DNA of 63,128 nt, the filler included, from Saprolegnia diclina VS20 (taxonomy: Eukaryota), in assembly GCF_000281045.1 (NCBI RefSeq). It is 5 parts of 2 records of this genome, joined end to end, with 100 filler letters (N's around TTAATTAATTAA, not from the genome) between each part and the next. Parts side by side here need not be neighbours in the genome. Positions count along the whole stretch, not along the records: positions 1 to 29,349 come from NW_008246070.1; 4 more parts are not named here. One strand, written 5' to 3'. Numbering within the stretch: position 1 is the stretch's first letter; the number at the start of each line of letters is the position of its first letter. The translations under genes were made by a program, and so were the position numbers. Below, piece after piece: positions 1 to 9,175 of this stretch. Under the pieces are notes generated by a model. The model did not search any database. It was not told where the DNA came from and saw nothing but the letters and a program-made list of their open reading frames with translations.

Positions 1-308
1 AGGTCGGCGACGTTGGTCGTGAGGTGGGCAATGGTCGTGTCTTGGGTGGCGACTGTCGTCTGCAGCGCCGGGACGGTCTCGACATTGTCAGGCAACGGAC
101 GAAGCTGGGTGTCGGACGCTGCCTTGGCAGCTGTCAAGAGCTTGCAGGCAAAAGGGCGGAGGCCGAGAAGCACGCGGCGCATCCCGAGGGTGCGGACGAG
201 CATGGCCATGAGGAAACCAGCGGCGAGGTAGCGCTGGGATTTGGCACTCGTGCGCGGAATGTAGAGCGCAAGGAAGCCAAGCATCGGGGTGGGCGTCGTC
301 ATCATCAT
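1..308 (-). CDS. Hypothetical protein, 5' part (runs off window start)
   Basis: Manual translation from ATG at 308 gives MMMTTPTPMLGFLALYIPRTSAKSQRYLAAGFLMAMLVRTLG...TVATQDTTIAHLTTNVAD, open to the window edge. An INR-like CTCATTTTC lies just upstream on the minus strand. Not in the ORF track because there is no stop in the window. Confidence 0.55.
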   Translation of the reverse strand, partial: MMMTTPTPMLGFLALYIPRTSAKSQRYLAAGFLMAMLVRTLGMRRVLLGLRPFACKLLTAAKAASDTQLRPLPDNVETVPALQTTVATQDTTIAHLTTNVAD

Positions 309-1044
309 GGTATACGTTTGAAAATGAGGTTTCTGGTAAAAGCAGCGTCCGAGCCTTTTGTACAAGCGCCTTTGCGCTAGGAAGCGCTGGCTATTGCTTC
401 CACCTGACGTCGATTGGTCAAATGGACTATCGATGACACTCGTAGTGCATTTCACCAAGAGGCTCTGGATATGGGCAATCGCAAGCATCCCCAACTACCT
501 GCTCGTAGTCGTGTTGCCCGAGTCGATCGATTGCTAGTAGCAATTATCGTGCTCCAGTTGGAGGTGCAGTCATGCAAGGGTGTGTGGGGTTGCACGTCGA
601 ACGAGAAAGAGGCTGTCGGTGGATCGTGCGCATTTGGCGGGAAATCCGCAGGGAACTCCCGACATACCTCGGTAATACCACCAAAGGCAGCACCAAGGGT
701 GGCTAGTGCTCTGCCAGAAGCAAGTCTGGCTGCTGAAACGGTCCTGGTACAGTAAGCTTGCGAGTGCGTGGACTCAGCTTGCGTCATGATGGCGTTATTC
801 CGGATCACCCATCAGACTCACATTGGCCCTCGATGCTCCATCGACCCGACGTTCAAAAGGCTAAACGACAACGTGCCGATACTATAGCCCTGGCAATTCT
901 AGTAGCAACGGTCGTGGTGACAAGTGGTCGCGAGAAAGTAGAGCTGCAAGTGCCAAGTTGTCGGCTCGATGCCTGGACCTTCTGGATGTTACGTGTGCAA
1001 CCTTGAGCACAGTATGGGGCTTACTATGGTATACACACACTCAT

Positions 1045-2255
1045 ATGACACACAATCAAATGCAAAGCGGTGACCCGAAGGACGCTACCAACCCGGCAAA
1101 GACCAAGCTGCGCCTCTACAACCGGTTCAAGCAGCGCGAGCACCGGTCGCTGCTCCGCTCCGAGACTTCGTACCTCCAACAAGCCATAGCCACGCTCCAC
1201 GCGCAGCTCCGCCAACTGCAGGCGCGGCCATCGACGTCCGCACTCTCGTGGCGAGACGTCGCCGCCGGGCTGCAGGCCGCCACCGCCGCGAGCCTCGACG
1301 AGCAAGCCGATCTCCAAGAGTTGCAGCGGCGGCAGCAGCACTTTCTCACAGCTATGACCCATTGGGTCGCAGGCCACAGCGTTCAGGTAGTGTCCATGTA
1401 CCTATAGCATCGTGGTCGTCCTACACGGTAGGTATCGTAGCGTGGGCTCTCGACGCAGTCTACGTGGCGTGACTTGTCCGTCTTGGCCGACCCCGCGACC
1501 CGATTTGCGAGTCTCGACTGGGTCAGTAAGAACCTGTATTACAACACGGACGCGGTCTTTGCCACGTTTGGCCTCTGCGGGCCGACCGCCAACATGCGCG
1601 ACCAGCGCGCGTTCAAGTACGAGGTGCTAGAGACGGGCACGATCCAGCTCACGTGGCACTACCATCTCTTCGTGGACAAGCCTCTCGATGACGTTGCGCC
1701 GCGCGTCAAGGCGCTCTTCTGGGCCCCGCGCATGGAAGGCCGCTTCACGCTCGAGCCGCCACCTGGCGTTGCTGTGCACTGTCTGGATGCAGAGGTAGAG
1801 CAAAACGATGTGTGGGGTTTCGTCATAGCGCTGTGGTAGATGCTGGCTACTACGGCGGTCGACATGGAGTACAAGCGAGTGCAGCGGGGCGGTCTCGAAC
1901 CGCTGAACGTGTTGGCGCGCGAGTTTAGAAGCTTGAACACCCGCACGCTGGTCGGCAGCTCGATTGCGTTCGACGAGGCGTGGCCACGCACGGCGCCTCT
2001 CCAGCGCCACTGCAAAGTCTGGTACACCGCCATTCGTTTCTATGATAGTCGACGGCTTAGCATCTGTGCAGGGTGCTCTGCGAACGACTGTCGCCAACGC
2101 AAACACAAGTGCGTATTTTGGCCATGTCCAGTGACGAGGCTGCGTCGACGCTGAGGCTCTCGGACGCCGAGACGGAGCGCATGGGCGCGCACATAGCCAA
2201 GCTCGGGGATGTCCTGCACGGCAACCTCGTTAATTTGGTCGTCGCCGATCAGTAA
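1045..2255 (+). CDS. Oomycete basic-region/coiled-coil + START-like protein (M96-like family), 4 exons
   Basis: Basic-zipper-like N-terminus (LRLYNRFKQREHRSLLRSETSYLQQAIATLHAQLRQL) and SWRDVA motif. Removing intron 1388-1440 gives TWRDLSVLADPATRFASLDWVSKNLYYNT. Further GT-AG introns at about 1794-1839 and 2022-2071 join ORFs 958, 1474, 1840 and 2073. Confidence 0.65.
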
Positions 2256-2292
2256 CGCATGTATGTGCTAGCATTTCTTAAGTTATATTCTC

Positions 2293-2520
2293 TCATGCTT
2301 CTTCGTCATCTTCATCTTCGCGGAGCTCGGGCAGTGCGTCGGCGTCAAAGATGATGCGAATCGTGAGCGAGCACGACGGGCAGCTCGCAATGTCTTCGCC
2401 GTCGTGGAGCTCGTCGAGGCCGATGAAGAACTTGTCACCGCAGGGACACGGGTAGTAGTACACCTGGTCGTCCTCGTTGAACTCCATGTCCTCGATCTCA
2501 ATCTCGTCGTAGACCGACAT
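2293..2520 (-). CDS. DPH3: Diphthamide biosynthesis protein 3 / Kti11 (CSL zinc finger)
   Basis: MSVYDEIEIEDMEF...YYYPCPCGDKF...ASCPSCSLTIRIIFD, the canonical CPCG...CPSCSL signature. True start is Met39 of the ORF. Confidence 0.95.
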   Translation of the reverse strand: MSVYDEIEIEDMEFNEDDQVYYYPCPCGDKFFIGLDELHDGEDIASCPSCSLTIRIIFDADALPELREDEDDEEA

Positions 2521-2761
2521 GCTGCTTTGTCTTATCGTCGGCGTGGCGCTGATGGGCGTGATTGGCTGGTCGAAAGCGGCACCTGAATTAGATTCGGCAT
2601 GTGCCATGTAAAGGGAGGATTGGTGGAAATGCAATGGAAATGTGTCGAATCACAACGCGGCAAGAACGATCTTTTGTCAAAGGTCGCGGTGCATGCGCCA
2701 CGGCCGTGGCTTCAAGACCACGTTCGTCGACCACCTCCGCAAGCGACGACAGCTTGCCAAC

Positions 2762-3169
2762 ATGAGCGAATTGCATGAATACACGGCCGCCGAGGTGCTT
2801 CGCCACGCCTCCACCGACGACTGCTGGCTCATCCTTGGCGACGACGGCCGCCAAAAGATCTACGACATCACGGCCTTCTTGGAGTCGCATCCGGGTGGGC
2901 CCGAAATCCTCATGGACCTTGCGGGCCAAGACGCCCACGAAGAGTTTAAAGAGGTTGGGCACTCCAAAGCTGCGCAGGACATGGTTGAGCAGCTCTGCAT
3001 TGGCCGGCTGCGCGTCGACGGCCGGCGCAAGGCCAAGCGCGGCCGCGTCGTCTTGCCCGTGGCCGTCGACGACGAAAAACGCCCGCGCCACGACCGACTG
3101 GTGGCGCTCATGATCCTTCTCATGGCGCTATGCTTTGGGTATTTGCTCGTGCCCAACACAGCGCTGTAA
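2762..3169 (+). CDS. CYB5: Cytochrome b5 with C-terminal membrane anchor
   Basis: YTAAEVLRH...CWLIL...IYDITAFLESHPGG...AGQDAHEEFKEVGHS, with both heme His ligands; C-terminal hydrophobic helix LVALMILLMALCFGYLLV. Confidence 0.92.
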   Translation: MSELHEYTAAEVLRHASTDDCWLILGDDGRQKIYDITAFLESHPGGPEILMDLAGQDAHEEFKEVGHSKAAQDMVEQLCIGRLRVDGRRKAKRGRVVLPVAVDDEKRPRHDRLVALMILLMALCFGYLLVPNTAL

Positions 3170-3237
3170 TCCACAAAATAGTTTATGCAAACCCGAGTTT
3201 AGAGATGACTACGTAGAATACATACTAGTTATTTGAG

Positions 3238-4680
3238 TTAATGTTGCAGTGAGGCGATCCATGCCTGCTTGCGCGTCGCAAAACCCGCGGGGCAGTACGG
3301 GAACGACGTCGGTGCATAGGTGGCCGGCGCCGACGAAAACAACTTGTACGTCGACGAGTTTTCGACAATGTTGGCGATCGCGTGGTACGTGCTGTAGCCG
3401 CCGAGGAGCGTCGTGACGACGATGACAGCGATGCACAGCATTTTATGGCGTTTGGACATGGTCGTGCGGAACATGGCGTAGTAAAAGACAAGCGGCAGAA
3501 TCACTGAGCAGAGGTTCATGACGGACGCGCCAATGAGGTCGGCAATGTCCGAGAACGAGCTCTGCGTGAGCATGGCGACAAAGCACTGGATGCCGACCAT
3601 ACTCGAGCGAAACACAATTCGGCGCAGGAATGCGACCCGCGTCGCCCGCACGTCGTCGACGGCACTCGCGTCATTGTCCGACGCGCCGTGCGTCGGCGTG
3701 CGCACTGCCGCAAACCCCGCTTCGGTCTTGTCGGCGTCGTCATTCTCGTTGGTGTCCGTCATCGCCACCTTGGCAAACCACGGGTCCCACTTGCGCTCAA
3801 AGTAGACAAAGAACGGGTTCATAAAGATCGCCAGCGCAATCATGACGTGCACTTGCATGCAGATGAACGCAATTCGCCGGCGCTCCGTCGTAGCCGACAT
3901 GGCGATCAAGAGGTTCCCAGGCGCCGCGCAGCCAAAGTGCGCGTACCCGACCGCACCGAGGGCCACGTAAAAGACGGAAATCAGCAACATGCCAAACACC
4001 ATCGTGCTCGGCATGCTCTCGGGGCGGGGGTGGTGGTTCTGCATCTGCGGCACGATCGTCGCGGCGCCGTACGCGAGCGCAAATGCGCCAAACGTGTTGA
4101 GAACGTTGGAGAAGCCGGGCGACGCCGTCGCTTCAAAAATGTCACCGCCGGGCGCCAAATACGCATCGACGGTCGCCATGGTATCGGCAATGATCGTCCC
4201 GAGCGCGCCCGCAACCAACACGGGGTACGCTTCGTGGAGCACGCGGATGTAGATGATCGGCAGCAGTACGAGCGTCATGAGCAAGATCCACCACGTCGAC
4301 GAAATGTCGATCGCGCCGTCGAAGATGGATGGAAGCAGCGTCGCGCCGCCGAGGACGAGGAACGCGATCGGAAGTAGAAAGCAAGACGCGAGCTGCGTGC
4401 CTTGGACGAGGACAGCGCCGGTTTTGCCAAAGAGGTAGAACCCGAGGTCGACGTACGTCTGGACTTTGGGCTCGTCCTTGAGCGCGAGGAGGCACTGGCA
4501 GAGCGCGACGGTCGCATATGTGTTGAAGAAGAAGTTGAGCAGAAAGGTGATGCACGACAAGACGGCGCCGGATTCGGCAAAGATGTGGGGCATCGAGAGC
4601 GACCCGATGCCGCAGAGGCAGCAAATGAGCTGCACGATGACGCCGATGTCGTAGCGCTGCGGCGCGTACCATTCAATCAT
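3238..4680 (-). CDS. Amino acid/auxin permease (AAAP, Aa_trans) family transporter
   Basis: 480-aa intronless ORF with many hydrophobic helices; GIGSLSMP, FALAYGAATIVPQMQ, GYAHFG and DLIGAS motifs. Confidence 0.88.
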   Translation of the reverse strand: MIEWYAPQRYDIGVIVQLICCLCGIGSLSMPHIFAESGAVLSCITFLLNFFFNTYATVALCQCLLALKDEPKVQTYVDLGFYLFGKTGAVLVQGTQLASCFLLPIAFLVLGGATLLPSIFDGAIDISSTWWILLMTLVLLPIIYIRVLHEAYPVLVAGALGTIIADTMATVDAYLAPGGDIFEATASPGFSNVLNTFGAFALAYGAATIVPQMQNHHPRPESMPSTMVFGMLLISVFYVALGAVGYAHFGCAAPGNLLIAMSATTERRRIAFICMQVHVMIALAIFMNPFFVYFERKWDPWFAKVAMTDTNENDDADKTEAGFAAVRTPTHGASDNDASAVDDVRATRVAFLRRIVFRSSMVGIQCFVAMLTQSSFSDIADLIGASVMNLCSVILPLVFYYAMFRTTMSKRHKMLCIAVIVVTTLLGGYSTYHAIANIVENSSTYKLFSSAPATYAPTSFPYCPAGFATRKQAWIASLQH

Positions 4681-4701
4681 ATTGCTTTTGGACGAACGAG
4701 G

Positions 4702-4717
4702 AAATTGGGGAATGAGC
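4702..4717 (-). promoter_or_regulatory. Oomycete core promoter INR+FPR element
   Basis: Minus strand reads GCTCATTCCCCAATTT, a perfect match to GCTCATTYBNNNWTTY, about 20 nt upstream of the permease ATG. Confidence 0.75.
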
Positions 4718-5394
4718 TCGTGGAAAAGTGTTTTTCAAACGGGACAGACGGCAAAAGGGCGTGTCCCACGTGCACGCGTGCTTTCTGGCTGCGTTTGCTG
4801 TGCATCCCACTGAGGCGAGCGAGGCACACTTGAAGTTGGTCGCTCCATGGATGCGCCGTTATAGGTTACGAAGGGTGCATAGTAGCACTGAAATTGCCGT
4901 TTGGACGACGTCGTGACCGGCTTGCATCCGATATCTGGGTGCTCGCACGTTTTGCGTACAAGGCGACACCTCGAGTCGCGTGTTGCAAGGACCCTTTGAA
5001 AGGGCCAGCAGGCGCGACTTTGCAGGGACCATCCCCGGAGATGGATCGGCTTGGTCTTCAGTCCCAAGCCATCGCCATTGGAATCTTCCCGCTGATAAAA
5101 TAAGCAGTTGGAACGATGATTTTTGGGACGTTGCACTTTTTTGCAGCCTTGTGCAAAGGCGCGCGCGTTGAAGTTGACGGGACAGGCGACTCTGGCGCAT
5201 TAAGATTTGGAAAGATCGCAGACGGGCGCAAAGCCGCGGCAATTCCTTTCAATCGCCAATATTCATATTCGATCGTAGTGGTGAGCTTATCGCAGCGGTG
5301 GGATCTGCACGGCGACGTCGTTGTCCAGATGCGCTGACCACAAGTAGACAAACCCAAAATTTGAAAAACCAAGGAGCAGATTCGTTTGCGTGGT

Positions 5395-7775
5395 TTACGA
5401 GTCCTCTTCGTCCATCGCCACGAGTGGCGTGTACCGCGCAAAGAGCTGGCGCATGTCGCTCTTGAGACGCCGATCGCGCCGTTGAACAAGCCACGTCGTC
5501 AGCGCTGTGCTAACGACAAGCCCGCCGAGCGCGCCAACGTACCACATTTTGGGGACCGTGCGCGCCTTCTTCGCGCCGCCCTCCATCGACAGCACTTTGA
5601 CGTCGACGGCGCGACTACTTGGTACTGCATTCGCATCCACAGTGGTAGGACACAATGGCGACTACCTGGACGCATCCTCCGAGTGCAAATAGACGTCTTG
5701 GACGAGCGCGCTGACGTCGATAGCGCCAAGGCGCGCCACGACATTCTCACTCGCGCCCTCGGGTGACGACGCCGTCGGAAGAAGAAAAATGTTGACAACA
5801 AGTGCATCGTCGACCGTCTCGATCGACCTGATGTGCACGCTGGTCGCTTCGGTCTTTGCTGCCGCGGCGAGCGTCGACGCCAACGTCGTCACAGCCGCCG
5901 ACTGACCAAACACCCCAGCACTAACACAATGACACGACTGCGTATGCGTCCCAGGCGATAGAAGTAGTACCCGACTCCACGAATAAAAAGCTTGAGGTGC
6001 ACAGCATCTGGGTCCACCTCGAGTTGGCACCCGTAATTTTGGCGGCGCGGGTCGTCGGCTTGGAAGCACAGGCCACACGCATCAAACGACCCTACTCGAC
6101 CACAAAAAAGGGTTATTTCTCGACGAAGACATAATGCCATTCCTACCATGACCTCCACAGACTCCGCACGCATCGCGCGTCGCAGGGCCCCACGGTTCGC
6201 CTTTGCAGTCGGCGCATACCGTATCGCGTCGCGAGTCCTTGGCGGGAAGGCACTCGCCGCAAATATCAAACGAGCCGTCGCCGCCACACACGCCGCAAAC
6301 GTCCAATGTCTACGCGCAATGTGTCGTAATTTTGTCCGGTGGAAGATGCGAACCTTGTTGCTGTGGACAACATTGTCGCAGCCGCGGCACGCACGGCTCC
6401 ACTTGGCGCTGTCGCGCTCGTTGCAGACACCGCAGTCATCGATGGCATGCGGCGGAAGGCACCGGCTCTGCCAGTACTCGGGGGCGCACACACCGTCCGG
6501 AAGCGTCACGTTCGAGTACTCGAGATACCGGCAGAGCACGCTGAGCGGTGCACAGGTCGTCATGGAAATCGGCTCGTCGCACGCCCAGTCCTCTACGCCT
6601 TTCCCTTATTCCACTGTTTGCTTCTCGGTGTTTACCGTAGAGCGGCTGGTCATTGATCGTCACGAGTGGGTACGTGGCAACACCCGCAGCGTACGCATGC
6701 TGCAGCTCGGCGTTGTAAAATTCAGTTGCGTTGTTGTCCGCGCACGCAGCTATCGCAGCACCAATCGTGGGCGTAAACGACGCCAAGACCCGTGTGCGGC
6801 ATGTCGCTGGATCGACACCCGCGGTGCACTCGGTTAAGATGCGGTTTGTAACATCCCAAAAGGCAGACGCGTTCGGCTTCGAGTGCTCGTAGGCGCAAAA
6901 TGCCAAGACGTCGTGGGCCAAGACGTCTTTGCCGTCCAGCCCGACGGTGGCGTCGTCTTCAGGATCGTACGTGCACGCTCCGTCCACGCAGAGTGCGGCG
7001 CAGAGACTCGAGTCGCTCATGTTGCCACAGCCCCACGCACCAGCACGATACATTTCAAAGTGAGGCGTGAAGCGCACAAGGTCGCCAAAGGTCGCCAACA
7101 GCGTCGGGTACCCGCTGTACCCGCGATCCATTCGGGCAGTTGAGGGGAAATACACGTCGAAACTCACGTGTGTCTCGGGGTGCGGCGTCGTCCAGCGCAA
7201 TAGCGCCACGACCGGCGTCTCGGAGGCGAGTTGCTCGAGCCGCGCGGCGTCGAGGCCGCCAAGAAAGACGGCAGGGATCGTAATATCGGCGGCAGGACGC
7301 ATGCTCTAGTGCTACGATGAGGACGAGGGCACTGTGTGTACAGGCAGTGTACCTCGAACGGCACCGTTGCGTTGAGTTGGTTGGCGTCGTATAGGAACGC
7401 ACCAATAGCTCCAGCCGCTTGCGCCTGCCGCACGCGGTCGACGACCTTGCAGTCGGGCAAATCGGTGAGCGGCAGCAGCGCAATGCGGTGCATGGCATCC
7501 TCGCTTGGCTTGTCCGTCGAGCTATTGGCGGTCGGAAAAGCAAACGCGGGGCAGTTGCCGATCGCAGGGATGAGCTCGATGGCCGTGGCGTTGGGGGCTG
7601 CGGGTGTCACGAGTGGCCCGACGATCTTGCCGCGGTAGAGTGGCCGCTGGGCCACCGGAAGCAGCGTGTATGGCACGCCATCCGGCAGCGCGTCGTGCGG
7701 CGTCACGATCGTGAGCTCCGCCGTCGCCGCACGTGCCAGCAGCACCGCCGTGAGGCTTTTCAAGACGCTCTGCAT
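5395..7775 (-). CDS. Vacuolar sorting receptor (VSR/BP-80)-like type I membrane protein with extra Cys-rich repeats, multi-exon
   Basis: Signal peptide; PA domain (VRQAQAAGAIGAFLYD, DITIPAVF); VSR central motifs (FTPHF, TYDPEDDATVGLDGKDVL, PLVTINDQPLYG); DxCGVCGG repeats; TM helix; tail RRLKSDMRQLFARYTPL resembling the plant VSR YMPL motif. Pieces joined by short GT-AG introns. Confidence 0.8.
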
Positions 7776-8360
7776 GTTGCGCAATGCGGCAAACCGGAGC
7801 AACACGCACGAATGTTCGATAATCGAAGGCTCCGTGCTTGAACCTACTGCGTTTCCCAGGCGGCGGATCAACGCCAGAGCGTTGGAAGGGAACGATTCGA
7901 GCGCTCGAATCACAGGACATGAGCGGTTGTGTAGCTCAGGATGCTTCTGATTACGTTCAAGGATCGACCGAGGGTCCATAAACAGTTGACCGTTGGATCA
8001 ACGTTCGCGTAGCTTCGTAGGGGTAGGTCTTCCCGGCTGCCGTCGTTGTGGCGTCACTGCCAAGGGTTGTGTGTTGGCTTGACGAGAAGTAAGCTATCGA
8101 CTCGTGGTATGCTCCGAGAAGATATGGCGTGGACGACTCCTGCGTCGCTTCGACTTCTGTCCGAAACGACATGGCAGCATGGTTGAACGATAAGCAACAC
8201 GCACATTATAGCGTTGCTGCATCTACCAGCGCTTGGATTGGCTTTTGGCCACCGCGCGCGATGCTACCTACATGAGAACGACAAACTTTTGACAGCGTCA
8301 CGACGCTAGGACGCGAGTGTTCATTTCATAAATACGATAACTAAACTAGGTATCCATGAC

Positions 8361-9155
8361 TCAATTGGTCACGGACGAAATACAAGGGGGCGACATTCCT
8401 TGTGTCGCTGGGCGCTGCATGGGCGCAAACTTGGTGCGCGCGAGGTTCGCAAACCACGTGGTTAGAATCCGCAGCACGAGTTGGTCCATTGCGTCGCAGC
8501 CGAGTTGAGCGTCTATGATTTGCACAATGAGTGCTTCGTCTTGCTCGGTAGCCGCTTCGCTGTCTTCCGTGCAGACGGCATGGAGGCATGGCAAGAGCAC
8601 AGTCGGGTCGGTGCCAAACGTCGGGTCGGCCGTCGCCATCGACGCAATCTCAATCACGCTACCGCTGCAGTGGGCGATGAAGATTTCAAAGAGGCACCAC
8701 GACCGGCGCAGCAAAATCGGGTCCGCGAGGTCCGGAAGTATGAGGAGGAGCTGGCCCGTCGCGTCCAAAACCGACCGGAACCGCGTCATGTACTGCACGA
8801 ACGAGAACGACTGCATCTCGTGCTGGTTGTTGGCAAAGAGGCAGAACCACACGGACGTCGTGCGGACATCGCCCACCGTGTACACGAAGCTTGTGATGCT
8901 GTCGACCACGTCGAGAAACAAGCTCTGCCACGTGTGTCCGAGGTACCAGTTAGCCGGCGCCGTCATGAGCCCGGCGCTGGCCGGGTGCGCCTGCATGTAT
9001 TGGTCCAGGTATGAGGCATTGGCTGCTTCGGTCGTCGGAAGGACGTAGAGGTAGCAGACGTCTTCGGTCGTGAGGCCTCGAAAGGCTGCGCGGCCGCCAA
9101 AGTCATCAATGAACTGCAGGAGGAACGCAAGCGTGACACCTGTGGGCGCGCTCAT
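8361..9155 (-). CDS. HET/TIR-like domain protein (resembles the N-terminal domain of Saprolegniales TPR-repeat proteins, no TPRs seen)
   Basis: Motifs NWYLGHTWQSLFLDVVDSI, VWFCLFANNQH and LRRSWCLFEI; start at Met45 of the ORF, preceded by an INR/FPR element. Confidence 0.7.
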   Translation of the reverse strand: MSAPTGVTLAFLLQFIDDFGGRAAFRGLTTEDVCYLYVLPTTEAANASYLDQYMQAHPASAGLMTAPANWYLGHTWQSLFLDVVDSITSFVYTVGDVRTTSVWFCLFANNQHEMQSFSFVQYMTRFRSVLDATGQLLLILPDLADPILLRRSWCLFEIFIAHCSGSVIEIASMATADPTFGTDPTVLLPCLHAVCTEDSEAATEQDEALIVQIIDAQLGCDAMDQLVLRILTTWFANLARTKFAPMQRPATQGMSPPCISSVTN

Positions 9156-9159
9156 GGCC

Positions 9160-9175
9160 AAAAGGAAAAGTGAGC
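9160..9175 (-). promoter_or_regulatory. Oomycete INR+FPR element
   Basis: Minus strand GCTCACTTTTCCTTTT immediately upstream of the ATG at 9155. Confidence 0.6.

Noticed and set aside
414..1006. Short ORFs as possible retroelement remnants
   Set aside because: No RT, integrase or RNase H motif could be identified.
7957..8172. Small ORF downstream of the HET-like gene as a possible degenerate TPR remnant
   Set aside because: Only a faint resemblance (LGAYHESIAY...LGSD) and no convincing splice link to the upstream ORF.
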